A stretch of DNA of 40,390 nt from a virus (IMGVR_UViG_3300017540_000008:1-40390); one strand, 5' to 3'; counted from the stretch's first letter, positions 1 through 9,311 are shown. The notes: a model not told the origin generated them from the letters alone. Numbers and translations: made by a program.

Positions 1-675
1 GATCCCGTAGAACTTCGTCGGGTGAATGCCGGCCGCGCCCATCACCGCGATCTGCCGGGTGAACGTCGACTTTCCGCCGCCTTCGATGCCGGTGAGCATC
101 AGCCGGTCCCGACGCTCGAGGAGCTCCGGGATCACCCAGTCGTACGCGTCCTCCGACTCCGGCACGTCGAGGACGTCCCTCAACCACCGAACCGGCTCCT
201 CAGTGCCGCCACCGATCGACCCGATCGTGTGAAGCTTCTCGATCGCGCGCTGCAACGCGATCCCGACGTCGCCGTCCGGCGCCTGCAGCTCCCGCCCGAC
301 GCGCGCCATGAGTCGACGGATCGACGCGGCCCGCACCATCCGCGCGTGATGCGCACCGATCCCCGGGTCGCGAGCGTCGCCCGACCACCGCGCGAGATCC
401 CGAAGGTCGATCGTGCCGATGTTCCACCGCGAGAGGAGGTCGGAGATCGAGAGATAGTCGACCGGTCGCCCCTCGGCGTGCTCGTCGCAGACGCCGCGGA
501 AGATCGCGCCGAGGCGCGGGTCGTTGAAGTCGCCGCCGGCGACCTCGTGCATCAGCTCCGGGATCGCGTGCGGGAACGCCATAGCGGTTCCCACGACGGA
601 CTGCTCGAGCAGCGCGAGCGGGTCCGGCGCGGTCGGCGTGTACGGGTCATCCGGCGGGACGTCGACGATGCTCAT
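1..675 (-). CDS. DnaB-like/AAA replicative helicase, 3' end beyond window
   Basis: Not in ORF track; translated by hand from ATG 675 (overlaps MTase stop): MSIVDVPPDD...LEQSVVG...GDFNDPRLGAIF...YDWVIPELLERRDRLMLTGIEGGGKST (Walker A); open to position 1. Confidence 0.85.
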   Translation of the reverse strand, partial: MSIVDVPPDDPYTPTAPDPLALLEQSVVGTAMAFPHAIPELMHEVAGGDFNDPRLGAIFRGVCDEHAEGRPVDYLSISDLLSRWNIGTIDLRDLARWSGDARDPGIGAHHARMVRAASIRRLMARVGRELQAPDGDVGIALQRAIEKLHTIGSIGGGTEEPVRWLRDVLDVPESEDAYDWVIPELLERRDRLMLTGIEGGGKSTFTRQIAVMGAAGIHPTKFYGI

Positions 676-2153
676 GCCGTCGCCTCCCAGTCGCCGAACA
701 TGGTCGGTTGCAGCGGCTTCGTGATCCGCGCCTCGATCAGCGGGAGATAGTCCGCCTCCCGTTCGATGCCGATGACCTCGAACCCTTCGATGAGCGCGGC
801 CTCGAGGGTGGTCCCTGACCCGGCGAACGGGTCGAGGATGATCCCGTTCGGCGGCGTCACGAGACGCACGAGCCACCGCATCAGGTCGAGAGGCTTCACC
901 GTCGGGTGCTGCACCTCGCCGGCCTTCGGGCGCTCCACGGTCGGTGCTTTCGCCTCGTACCGGAACGTCGGGAAGTACCGGCCCTCCGCACCGAGCTCCG
1001 CGGCCTGCGACTCGTCGAGGACGACGTTCGACGGCCAGCGGCCGGACGGTTGCTCGAACTCACCATGCGCGGTCGCACCCGGCCGGTTCATGCCGGACGG
1101 GTTCAGCGACCCGGAGACGCCTCGACCTCCCGATGCTGCGTACGCTCCACCGTTGAGGTCGTCGTCCGTGGCGACCCGCGTCCCGTCGATATTGAGTGCC
1201 CCGGTGCCGTGCTCGAGGACGTTCGCCGCGACCGTCCCCGTGAGCGGCTTCCGTGCGACGACGATCGGCTCGAACGCCGGCTTGAGCGCGGTGCCCCAGC
1301 CCTCCCACTCGCGCGCGGCCGGGTTCTTCGACCCGCCGCGCCGCAGCCCGTCACGGGACGTTAGCGCGTAGTTCGTCCGGTTCTCCCACTCCGTCACCGT
1401 GCCGACGACCTCACGATCGGCCCACGCCTCGCCCGGCTCACCCTTGCGCATGTTCAGCCGGTACACCTCGGCGTCGAGCTCGTCTCCGAAGCCGAGCAGT
1501 GCGCGAAGCGCGTCCCACTGCTCGAGCGTCGGGAGCGACGGCTGCGAGTCCGTGTCGCGTGCAGCCCAGTGCTCAACCATCCGCGGGTGAAACCCGAACG
1601 AATCAGCAATCGCCCGGATCGTGACTGTCGGATGCTCCTCGATGCGAGCGCGAAGCCACCGGCAGACCACCCGCACGTCGGCGACGTCGTCACGAACTTT
1701 GTCGATCGCTTTCGCCACGTCGAGGGACTTCGGGAACCCGGACCCGTAGAGCCACGCGATCGAGTCGCGGATCTCGAACCCGGCGTCCTCGATCCCGGCG
1801 GCGAGCCGGTGCCACGTGCGGGACCCGCCGAACGCGAGCAGATGCCCGCCCGGCTTCAACACCCGCAGGCACTCCGCCGCCCACGTCTCGACCCAGCGCT
1901 CGAACGCCAGCCCGTCATGCTCGGAGTAGCCGCGCGAGTGCGTGCCACCGTACGCGAACGCTCCGCGCTGCTCGCGTCCCGTTGCGAGTTGTCCGAGCAT
2001 CTTCGCGTCGTCCCAGTCCTTGCCCATGAACGCGAGCCCGTACGGCGGGTCCGTCACGACCGCGTGAACCGACGCGTCCGGCATGTCCCGCATCACTTCG
2101 ATGCAGTCCCCGTGGTGGACGGTGACTCCCGGCCCCTCGAAATAGACGCTCAT
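672..2153 (-). CDS. Orphan amino-DNA methyltransferase (N6A/N4C, beta-class motif order) with internal HTH-like insertion
   Basis: HGDCIEVM, VTDPPY, HPTVKPLDLM, LDPFAGSGTT; start placed at ATG 2153 (MSVYFEG) overlapping the upstream stop. Confidence 0.92.
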   Translation of the reverse strand: MSVYFEGPGVTVHHGDCIEVMRDMPDASVHAVVTDPPYGLAFMGKDWDDAKMLGQLATGREQRGAFAYGGTHSRGYSEHDGLAFERWVETWAAECLRVLKPGGHLLAFGGSRTWHRLAAGIEDAGFEIRDSIAWLYGSGFPKSLDVAKAIDKVRDDVADVRVVCRWLRARIEEHPTVTIRAIADSFGFHPRMVEHWAARDTDSQPSLPTLEQWDALRALLGFGDELDAEVYRLNMRKGEPGEAWADREVVGTVTEWENRTNYALTSRDGLRRGGSKNPAAREWEGWGTALKPAFEPIVVARKPLTGTVAANVLEHGTGALNIDGTRVATDDDLNGGAYAASGGRGVSGSLNPSGMNRPGATAHGEFEQPSGRWPSNVVLDESQAAELGAEGRYFPTFRYEAKAPTVERPKAGEVQHPTVKPLDLMRWLVRLVTPPNGIILDPFAGSGTTLEAALIEGFEVIGIEREADYLPLIEARITKPLQPTMFGDWEATA

Positions 2154-2374
2154 GGCATCGCCTCGCACATGCACTCGCCGTTCACGGACCGCTCCGTGAA
2201 GCACGTCGGGCAGACCTCACGGGTGATGTCGAACTTCGCCGGCGGGCACGACTCGTGCTGCCACCACGGCTTGAACTCACCGTCGTCGGGGTCGCTCGGC
2301 TCGATCAGATCGCCGACACGGATCGTCGACCCGCACCCCGCGCACATCGACTCGTACTCCGCGGGGAAGCTCAC
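2150..2374 (-). CDS. Small Cys-rich (probable Zn-binding) hypothetical protein
   Basis: GTG 2374 coupled to upstream stop; CAGC, HESC, CPTC, CMC. Confidence 0.65.
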   Translation of the reverse strand: MSFPAEYESMCAGCGSTIRVGDLIEPSDPDDGEFKPWWQHESCPPAKFDITREVCPTCFTERSVNGECMCEAMP

Positions 2375-2694
2375 GACGTCACCGCCCGACGTCGCGGCAT
2401 CGTCGCCAGACGCGCCCGCACCCGCAGCGCCTCCACATCCGGCGGCAACGGGTTCCCGTAGTCGTCCTCCGGCAGCTCCGCCGCATCGAGGATCCGACCC
2501 ACGTTCCGCCGCACATCCGCCGGCTTGATCCACCCCGGATTCTCCCGGTCGTGCAGATCCACCGCAGCCTTCGCCAGCTCGAGATCGAGGTCATCGACCA
2601 GCGGATGCCACCGCAGCACCGTCGCCTCGTCGACCGTGCGACCGTCGAGGACCGAGATGTACGTCAGCAGCTCGGTCGTCTCGCCGATGTTCAC
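2371..2694 (-). CDS. Putative helicase loader/inhibitor-like protein
   Basis: GTG 2694; MNIGETTELLTYISVLDGRTVDEATVLRW...WIKPADV; directly downstream of the Rep gene. Confidence 0.6.
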   Translation of the reverse strand: MNIGETTELLTYISVLDGRTVDEATVLRWHPLVDDLDLELAKAAVDLHDRENPGWIKPADVRRNVGRILDAAELPEDDYGNPLPPDVEALRVRARLATMPRRRAVTS

Positions 2695-3485
2695 CGCGCC
2701 ACCCCTTCCTGCCCGTACCGGGCTTCCAACTCCTGCGCGAGCGACAACCCAGCCCGCACCCGCTCGTTCGGCGACGGACGCCCACCACGCGGCGACGACG
2801 GCGGCTCCGGCGCCGGATCCGTCCACCGGTCCTGGTTCAGCCACGTCGCCCCATACGGCACGAACTGACGCTCCGGACGGAACGGAGACGACGCGTACGC
2901 CTTCGCCGCCTCGAAGATCACCACCGGATCAGCACGACGGATCGCACGCCCCCACGCCGCCTCCGCAGCCTTCCGGCTGTCCTTCCTCGGCCACACCGCC
3001 CAGAACTCCGCGAACGTCGGCCCGACCGGTTCGATCTCGCGCGCGGGAAATATCCCTTGGTCTTCTTCCAGATGGTCTTCTGACTGGATGTTCTTCTTTG
3101 TGGCGGATTCACCGGATCCGGTAAAACCGGACACGGTGAACCCGGACACGGTCGACTCCTCACCGTGTCCGGAAAATCCGGACGCGGTGCTCGGCGGGTC
3201 ACACAGCTCGTACTCGATCTCCGCGAAACGACCCCCGCTGCGCGACTGCACCCGCCGCACATACCCGTGCGTCACGAGCTCGTTCAGCGCCGACTGAATC
3301 GCGTCCTTCCCCTCCTTGCCCGCCTTCGCGAGCGACCGGATCGTGACATGCCACCCCACCCGGTGCGACATCACCTCGAGCAGCAGACCCCGCGCACGAC
3401 GCGACAGCCGCGCATCCCGCGCCCACTCGTTCGGGACCGCCGTGAAGTGCTCGTCGATCGCGAGCTTCCCGCGCGTGATACCCAT
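2691..3485 (-). CDS. Replication initiator (RepA/O-like, N-terminal wHTH)
   Basis: FTAVPNEWARDARLSRRARGLL...ALNELVTHGYV; C-terminal FAEFWAVWPRK...GATWLNQDRW; internal iterons. Confidence 0.85.
   Translation of the reverse strand: MGITRGKLAIDEHFTAVPNEWARDARLSRRARGLLLEVMSHRVGWHVTIRSLAKAGKEGKDAIQSALNELVTHGYVRRVQSRSGGRFAEIEYELCDPPSTASGFSGHGEESTVSGFTVSGFTGSGESATKKNIQSEDHLEEDQGIFPAREIEPVGPTFAEFWAVWPRKDSRKAAEAAWGRAIRRADPVVIFEAAKAYASSPFRPERQFVPYGATWLNQDRWTDPAPEPPSSPRGGRPSPNERVRAGLSLAQELEARYGQEGVAR
3112..3188. repeat. Iteron-like repeats; probable replication origin inside the rep gene
   Basis: CCGGA(C/T)NCGGT at 3112, 3127, 3142 (15-bp spacing) and 3178, inverted copy 3162-3172; next to a T-rich stretch ~3046-3100 with TG(G/T)TCTTCT repeats. 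Confidence 0.65.
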
Positions 3486-3892
3486 CAGCTCGGCATCCCT
3501 TCATCCACCTCGAGCGCGCGACCGGACTCGGCGAACAGCCACCACCGGCCCGCGACATCCCGCACCCGCACCGTCGCCGGCGGGTGCAGCTCGATAGGCG
3601 CCGACGTCGGGATCAGCCACCCCGCCTCGATCGCCTCCTCACGGTTCTGCTCGACCCACTCGTGACACGACCCCGGCGTCGTCGCGTGACCGCAGAGGAT
3701 CCCGCAGTTCGCGATCGACGACACCCGCGGGTCGGACGTGCCGCCCATCCCGCGCGGCCGCCGATGATGCGCCGACCAGTCGAACCCGCGACGCTCCCAC
3801 GCGAGCGGACGCCGGCACCGTTCGCACCGGCCCTGCGCGCGGTCGAAGAACGCCCGCTTCACGGTCGCCGGGGTGAAGTCACCTGCGCCCAC
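3485..3892 (-). CDS. HNH-like endonuclease
   Basis: CERC...HHRRPRGMGG...NCGILCG...CHEWVE. Confidence 0.75.
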   Translation of the reverse strand: MGAGDFTPATVKRAFFDRAQGRCERCRRPLAWERRGFDWSAHHRRPRGMGGTSDPRVSSIANCGILCGHATTPGSCHEWVEQNREEAIEAGWLIPTSAPIELHPPATVRVRDVAGRWWLFAESGRALEVDEGMPS

Positions 3893-4232
3893 GACGCACC
3901 CGCTTCGCGACGTTCACGACCAGGACACCGAACACGACGAGCAGCAGCCCGAGGCCGGCGAGCGGCAGAGTCAGCCCGTCCGCCCCGGTCACCGCGAGCT
4001 CGTCGACGACGGGCACGTGCGTGCTCGTGTGCGTCTCCGGGAACTCCGGCGTCCCGATCGTCGTCGGCCCCTCCGGGACCACCGTCTCTGCAGGCGTCGG
4101 CTCGAGGGTCGGCGTCGCGGTCGGCTCCGGGGTCGGGGACGGCTGCAGGGTCGGCATCGGTGCCGTCGGCTCCGGGGTCGGTTCGACCGTGACCGACGCG
4201 GTCGGCTCCGGGGTCGGGTAGTACTTCGTCAT
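3879..4232 (-). CDS. Pro/Thr-rich membrane protein with C-terminal LAxTG sorting-signal-like motif
   Basis: AGGAGG RBS; PTPEPT repeats; ELAVTG + hydrophobic segment + KRVRRGRR. Confidence 0.8.
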   Translation of the reverse strand: MTKYYPTPEPTASVTVEPTPEPTAPMPTLQPSPTPEPTATPTLEPTPAETVVPEGPTTIGTPEFPETHTSTHVPVVDELAVTGADGLTLPLAGLGLLLVVFGVLVVNVAKRVRRGRR

Positions 4233-4705
4233 GATGTCCTCCTGGATCCGGCAAGCGAATAGGTGATCTCGACCTGCTTGCTCTGCGTCTGAACGGCCGA
4301 CTTCACGAGCTCGGTCAGCTCGGCGACCGACTTCGCGTAGGTGAAGGCGATCTCCGCGTCCTCCGCGGCATCGGCCTCCGCCTCGACCGCGAGCTCGATC
4401 TCGGCCTTCCTGATGTCCGCGGCCTTCCCGGTCGCGGTCTGTGTCGCACGGGCGGTCGCCTTCGCGAGCGCGCGGCGCGCGGCCCGCCGCGTCCGGTCCG
4501 CTTCACGCAGCACCGCCACGTTCTGCCCAGCCACGTACTGCACGAGCTCGAGGTCATGGATGATCGAGTCGGGGGTCTTCACCGCACCGTCGTCCGGGAG
4601 CGGCTTCGACAGCCGCTTCCGGAGCCGTTCGGCCCACTCCTCGATCTGAGCGGGCGACTCGACCGGGCGACCGTTGTCGTCGTCGAGCTGCGGTGCCTCG
4701 GTCAT
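4229..4705 (-). CDS. Helical/coiled-coil hypothetical protein
   Basis: 158-aa ORF coupled to neighbours, Ala/Glu-rich. Confidence 0.75.
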   Translation of the reverse strand: MTEAPQLDDDNGRPVESPAQIEEWAERLRKRLSKPLPDDGAVKTPDSIIHDLELVQYVAGQNVAVLREADRTRRAARRALAKATARATQTATGKAADIRKAEIELAVEAEADAAEDAEIAFTYAKSVAELTELVKSAVQTQSKQVEITYSLAGSRRTS

Positions 4706-4986
4706 CGGTCGAACGCCCCCGCCGAGACGACCTGCACCGTCTCCCCCGGATCCCGCTCGATCGTGAGCTCGCCGCCCGCCGCGGTCCGCGTGAAGATGTG
4801 CACCACCCCCAGCACGACCAGCCGCATGTACACGGTCACCGGCACGCCCTCGACGACGATCCCGTCGCCCGGCTGAACGAACTCCGCCGGCACCGGCCCG
4901 GGCACCTGATGCTTCCCCGCCGGCGTCCGGCGCCAGTCGATCCCGAGGATCGCGCCGTGCTCGTCACGGACCAGCGGGGCGCTCAC
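4702..4986 (-). CDS. Hypothetical protein
   Basis: GTG 4986 (MSAPLVRDEHG) overlaps upstream stop; normal composition from there. Confidence 0.65.
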   Translation of the reverse strand: MSAPLVRDEHGAILGIDWRRTPAGKHQVPGPVPAEFVQPGDGIVVEGVPVTVYMRLVVLGVVHIFTRTAAGGELTIERDPGETVQVVSAGAFDR

Positions 4987-5567
4987 GACGTCGCCTCCGG
5001 CCACACGCGGCTGCCTGCGGTGATCGCGGACGCGTCCCGGCCGAACCAGCCCCGCAGCGACGTAGCGAACTTCACGCCCCCGAACGTGCCGACGGTGTCC
5101 GCGCACACGACGGCGGGCATCTCGTCCCCGTCGACGGTGAGGAGCCAGACCTCGCCGACCTCAGCGTCGTGCCACGGCTTCGGCTCAGGGTGAGCATCGA
5201 AGTAGGCGCGAGCGGCACGAGCCCAGAGAGATTCCCACGGGTGATCGCGATTCTGGCCGTAATCCTCGGAGCGCGTGTAGACCATGCTGTCGCCGCTCGT
5301 CTCGCAGGTGATCCGCACGTCGTAGTCCGCGCACTCGGGCGCGATGTACACGACATAGTCGGGGTTCTCCGGCCACCGCCACCGCCCGAGCTCGTCGTCG
5401 CGCTCCTTCTGGAAGAACTCGCGCAACGCCACCCGCCCGCGGGGAGAGATCGAACTCCACGTCATGAACGGAACCAACGGCTGCGACGCAGGGTCGAGGA
5501 TGCGCAGCCCCCAGTCCGGCGCGACCGACTCGATCCGGATCTCGTTCGATGCGATGTACTCGCTCAC
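4983..5567 (-). CDS. Hypothetical protein
   Basis: 194 aa; GRWRWPENPDYVVY and AYFDAHPEPKPWHDA segments; coupled to recT. Confidence 0.75.
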   Translation of the reverse strand: MSEYIASNEIRIESVAPDWGLRILDPASQPLVPFMTWSSISPRGRVALREFFQKERDDELGRWRWPENPDYVVYIAPECADYDVRITCETSGDSMVYTRSEDYGQNRDHPWESLWARAARAYFDAHPEPKPWHDAEVGEVWLLTVDGDEMPAVVCADTVGTFGGVKFATSLRGWFGRDASAITAGSRVWPEATS

Positions 5568-6493
5568 GACTCCTCACCGCCCGCCGCGGAGTCCGCTTCG
5601 ATACGCGCCTCGCACGCCTCACAGATCCCCGCCTCGTCCTCGACCGCCGAGTCACCGCACACCGTGCACGGGAACAGACCGACCTCGTCCGCAGACTCCG
5701 CCGCCTCCGCCCCCACCGGCCCGTCTGACGCGACAGAAACGTCCTCGGCATACTTCGCACCCGGAATCGGATCACGCTGCGCAGAACGCGTCCCAGGCTG
5801 AAGCGTCGGCGACGCCGACCGCGAAGCACGAGGAGCCGACGACACAGGCTCAAGCGCCTGATCCATCTCCTCCTCCGTGTACAGCCCGGACAGCTCCATC
5901 GGGAACGCCTTCCGCAGCGCGAGCGCCTCCGCGACCTTCGCGATCATCACCTCCGGCATCCGCGCCCACATCGGCCCCGGCTCCACCCCGACCTTCTTCC
6001 GAGCCCCCTCCGGCCCCTCCCACTTGTCGACCATCACGACGTAGGACGAGTACCGGGCAACCGCGACCATCGGCTCCTCGAAGTCATGCCGCAGGACCGT
6101 CGCACGCGCCGCCGCCGGAGGCTCATCCGACAGCCACACGTCGACCCACGTGACACCGTCCGCCGTCCACTGGATCGGACGCTGCCCCGCGTAGTGCCGT
6201 GACCGTTCCGCCACGAGACGGAACCCGTCGATCGACACCTGGATGCCCCACTTGCCGCCACGCTCGATCGCGTAGATCTGCCGGGCGATCGGATCAAGGC
6301 CCGTGCGTCGGCAGTGCGCCAGGAACGCGACCACCGTCGACCGAGGCGCCGGGACCGGCTCCTTGCCCTTCTTCCGGATGACGAGCCCCGCCGCGTCGAG
6401 CAGCGCCTTCTGATCCTCCGACCACTGCGACGGGTCGCCCGTCGTCGGCAACTCGATCGCCTGCGGCCCCATCACCACTGTCGTGTCGCTCAC
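5564..6493 (-). CDS. RecT/Bet-like ssDNA annealing protein
   Basis: GTG 6493; GLDPIARQIY, IQVSIDGFRLVAERS, WARMPEVMIAKVAEALALRKAFP, LSGLYTEEEM. Confidence 0.93.
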   Translation of the reverse strand: MSDTTVVMGPQAIELPTTGDPSQWSEDQKALLDAAGLVIRKKGKEPVPAPRSTVVAFLAHCRRTGLDPIARQIYAIERGGKWGIQVSIDGFRLVAERSRHYAGQRPIQWTADGVTWVDVWLSDEPPAAARATVLRHDFEEPMVAVARYSSYVVMVDKWEGPEGARKKVGVEPGPMWARMPEVMIAKVAEALALRKAFPMELSGLYTEEEMDQALEPVSSAPRASRSASPTLQPGTRSAQRDPIPGAKYAEDVSVASDGPVGAEAAESADEVGLFPCTVCGDSAVEDEAGICEACEARIEADSAAGGEES

Positions 6494-7320
6494 AGCCACG
6501 CCTCCCCCGGCTTGAAGATCTCCCCGACGACGAGCGCGTCGAGCTCCGTCTCCCCGCGGGGACCGTCGAACAGGCGCGCCATCTGCACAGCCGTCAGGAA
6601 CGCCTCCCACACCTGATCGCCGCGCTCCATCTCCGTGACGTGATACGCGCGCTCCTCGAGGTGGATCACCACGTGATCCGTGATCCCGAGCGAGCCCATC
6701 TCGACCTCGGACTCGTTCTCGTCGATGTAGAAGTCCGCGCGCCCATACGCCTCGAGCTGCAGCGCGTTGTCGCCGTACACGCTCTTCGCCGTCTTGATGT
6801 CCGCGAGGAACACCCGGCCCGGGAACAGCGGCGACGTGAACACGAGGTCGAACGTCCCCCCGTAAGGGACCTGAAGGTTGCAGATCGGGCGCTCGGTGAC
6901 GACCGGCACCACCTGCCACTCGTTCAGGAAACGGACGTACTGGTCGACCTTCGCGACCACCTCGTCGGGGATCCCGTCGACCTTCTCGCCGTGCACCAGC
7001 CGCTCACCGAACGCGTGGACCGCCGTGCCCTTCACGGCCGCGGTGTTCCGCTTGCGTTCATGCGCCTTCGACACCGTCATGATGAAGTCGCTGTACCCGG
7101 CCGTCGCGAGCTCGTCGCGCTTCTCCCACGCGAGCTGCGCCGCCTCCGACGCCGCCCAGTTGATGAGTGCCGGCTTCGGCATCCCGAGGCTCAGCGCCTT
7201 CGTGACCGAGATGATCTTCTGACCGTCGAGGAGGTATCCGTGGTTACGGCCATAGTTCCGGCGGCGGAAACGGCCCGCGGAGATCCCCGCCAGGGTCGTC
7301 TGCGAACGCGTGCCCATCAC
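6490..7320 (-). CDS. PD-(D/E)XK (RecE/Cas4-like) exonuclease
   Basis: ISVTKAL, KGTAVH, YGGTFD, LADIKT, ALQLEAY; adjacent to recT. Confidence 0.88.
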   Translation of the reverse strand: MMGTRSQTTLAGISAGRFRRRNYGRNHGYLLDGQKIISVTKALSLGMPKPALINWAASEAAQLAWEKRDELATAGYSDFIMTVSKAHERKRNTAAVKGTAVHAFGERLVHGEKVDGIPDEVVAKVDQYVRFLNEWQVVPVVTERPICNLQVPYGGTFDLVFTSPLFPGRVFLADIKTAKSVYGDNALQLEAYGRADFYIDENESEVEMGSLGITDHVVIHLEERAYHVTEMERGDQVWEAFLTAVQMARLFDGPRGETELDALVVGEIFKPGEAWL

Positions 7321-7673
7321 TCACCGCCGCCGATCGCCTTGCGCGGTGCCGACTCAGCCACGACGAGCACCTCGCCGCCGATCTCGTACCCCGCGCCCCG
7401 CAGCGCCGCCTCGTGATCGAGGTCACCCTGGAACGAACCGTCGAGCTCGCCCCAGTCGACGACCTGCCCGTCCTCGTTCGCCGGGAAGATGTACGTCTCC
7501 GGGCCGCTGAACAGCGCGACCGTCGCCGACACGACCACGTGCGAGTGCACCGCCTCGACCTCGCCGTCCCAGTCCTTCTGCTCGATCGGCGGCGATACGT
7601 GGTACAGCTTCGCCGAACCCGTGAAGCCCGACAGGTCACGCACGAACGTCGCGATCTTCCGCTGCTCGCCCAT
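7317..7673 (-). CDS. Hypothetical protein
   Basis: 118 aa, coupled; GPETYIFPANEDG...DHEAALRGAGYEI. Confidence 0.75.
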   Translation of the reverse strand: MGEQRKIATFVRDLSGFTGSAKLYHVSPPIEQKDWDGEVEAVHSHVVVSATVALFSGPETYIFPANEDGQVVDWGELDGSFQGDLDHEAALRGAGYEIGGEVLVVAESAPRKAIGGGE

Positions 7674-7993
7674 CAGCCCTCCACCTCCGGCAGATCGAGC
7701 GCGTTCGCACCCGTCCGCGCCTTGTACTCCGCGTCACGCAGCTTCACCGCCGCGCCCGCCCGCTTCTCGTCGAACAGCGGCTCGATGTGCACGACCTCCG
7801 CGACCGGATACCGCTCGTCCGCGACCTCGTCATGCATCACCCGCGGCACCGCGTACGTCACGATCGCCGTGATCTGCGCACCCGTCCTCGCGGCCTCGAT
7901 CAGCCGCTCCTCGTTGCCGAACATCCCATTCCGCTCGGCCTTCGGGACGCCGTTCTTAAACGACGTCGGCATCAGTTCCGTCATGCTCCTCAT
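7673..7993 (-). CDS. Hypothetical protein
   Basis: 106 aa; GAAAGG RBS; alternative start at 7984. Confidence 0.7.
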   Translation of the reverse strand: MRSMTELMPTSFKNGVPKAERNGMFGNEERLIEAARTGAQITAIVTYAVPRVMHDEVADERYPVAEVVHIEPLFDEKRAGAAVKLRDAEYKARTGANALDLPEVEG

Positions 7994-8024
7994 CCCTTTC
8001 TCATCCCTCGCAGTCGCGCGCGCG

Positions 8025-8606
8025 TTACGCGGCGGCCGCTATGTGATCCGGCCACGCGACCCGCGCGTGAGCGGCCTCCTGCTTCGCCGTGTACGGCATC
8101 CCCATGCCGAGGGCGCGCGCCCCAGCCGCAGCCAGCGCGACGGCATCGCCCACGTTGTGATCGGGCACGTGCGCGCCCGGAGCCAGCAGGGCGACCCCGT
8201 CGAGGACCGCCTGCTTCCGTTCCTTCTGCTTCGTCCCGCGCGGGAACCCGTGACCCACCGCGAGCACCTCGCGCGTCGCCGGCGGCACCAGCACCACCTC
8301 GCCCCGCGCGAGCAGCTGGTCGATGAGCATCCACCGCAGCCCCGCACGCTCGTCGGCGAGCGGCGTGAACTTCGCGCCCATCGCGGGACCCTCGACGACC
8401 GCGAGGTCGAACCGCATCGGCACGAGCGCGAGGATCTCGGTCAGCATCTGCCGCACCCGCATCCGCCGCGTCGCGACCGTGTCGACGTCAGGCTTCACCG
8501 CCCTCGCCCGCCACGTCTCCCACAGCGGTTCCACGCCGCCGCCCCACGTCACGAGCGCGCACCCGGTGATCGTCAGCGACGGGTCGACGCCGAGCACCCT
8601 CACCAC
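8025..8606 (-). CDS. RuvC-like Holliday junction resolvase
   Basis: VLGVDPSLTITG, AVVEGP, DHNVGDAVALA; start at GTG 8606 or 8603. Confidence 0.88.
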   Translation of the reverse strand: MVRVLGVDPSLTITGCALVTWGGGVEPLWETWRARAVKPDVDTVATRRMRVRQMLTEILALVPMRFDLAVVEGPAMGAKFTPLADERAGLRWMLIDQLLARGEVVLVPPATREVLAVGHGFPRGTKQKERKQAVLDGVALLAPGAHVPDHNVGDAVALAAAGARALGMGMPYTAKQEAAHARVAWPDHIAAAA

Positions 8607-8794
8607 GACACACCGACCAGCGCCCACACGAGGCCCGCCGCGTCGACCACGAACAGCACGACACCCGTGACCACCCAGCCGACCGGGAACGTCTCCTCAC
8701 CCGGCTCGAACGGCTCGACCTCACCGACCGCGCGCGACGCACGCACCGGACGACGCGCCGTGAGCTTCGGCGCCCACACCCGCAGACGGTTCAC
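8600..8794 (-). CDS. Small membrane protein
   Basis: GTG 8794; C-terminal hydrophobic segment. Confidence 0.6.
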   Translation of the reverse strand: MNRLRVWAPKLTARRPVRASRAVGEVEPFEPGEETFPVGWVVTGVVLFVVDAAGLVWALVGVSW

Positions 8795-9084
8795 GAGTCC
8801 ACCGCCAGGAAGTCGAGGGCGACCTCGCGCCCGTCCATGTCGTCCTTGACGATGCACCGCAACCAATCAAGGCCCCACGGCTCCCGCGACACCTTCTCCC
8901 ACGCGAGCGTGTACGTCGGCCACTGCGACCGGGCACGCTCGAGGTTCTCCTCGTCGCACGCCGACAGGAACCACAGCAGACGCTCGACCCAGTGCCCACC
9001 GTTCAGCCCGAGGTTCGTGTCACCGAAGTGCCACAGCACCTCCCGAGCGACCTTCACCGGCACGACCGGACGCAGGGCGCTCAC
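8791..9084 (-). CDS. Hypothetical protein
   Basis: 97 aa, coupled on both sides. Confidence 0.7.
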   Translation of the reverse strand: MSALRPVVPVKVAREVLWHFGDTNLGLNGGHWVERLLWFLSACDEENLERARSQWPTYTLAWEKVSREPWGLDWLRCIVKDDMDGREVALDFLAVDS

Positions 9085-9311
9085 CGCTCGATCCCCCGCG
9101 CCAGCCGGTCGAGCCGGTCAAGGTCATCCGGGGCGACGTCGTCACCGACCCAGAACGCCGCACGATGCGCCCCGATGAAGAACCCCCACCCGACGACGAG
9201 CGCCACACCCAGGAGCGCCAGCCCCCCGAACCGGTGGAACCCGAACAGGTCGATCAGGACGAACAGCACCCCGACCACGAACAGCAGCCACGCGATGAGC
9301 CCACGCATCAC
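9081..9311 (-). CDS. Small two-TM membrane protein
   Basis: Two hydrophobic segments; GGAGG RBS. Confidence 0.7.
   Translation of the reverse strand: MMRGLIAWLLFVVGVLFVLIDLFGFHRFGGLALLGVALVVGWGFFIGAHRAAFWVGDDVAPDDLDRLDRLARGIER

Noticed and set aside
672-3892. Restriction-modification pair (MTase plus HNH 3485-3892)
   Set aside because: Genes are separated by replication genes and both types are common solitary phage genes
6490-7320. Cas4 as part of a CRISPR system
   Set aside because: Paired with recT as a phage recombination exonuclease; no array or other cas genes
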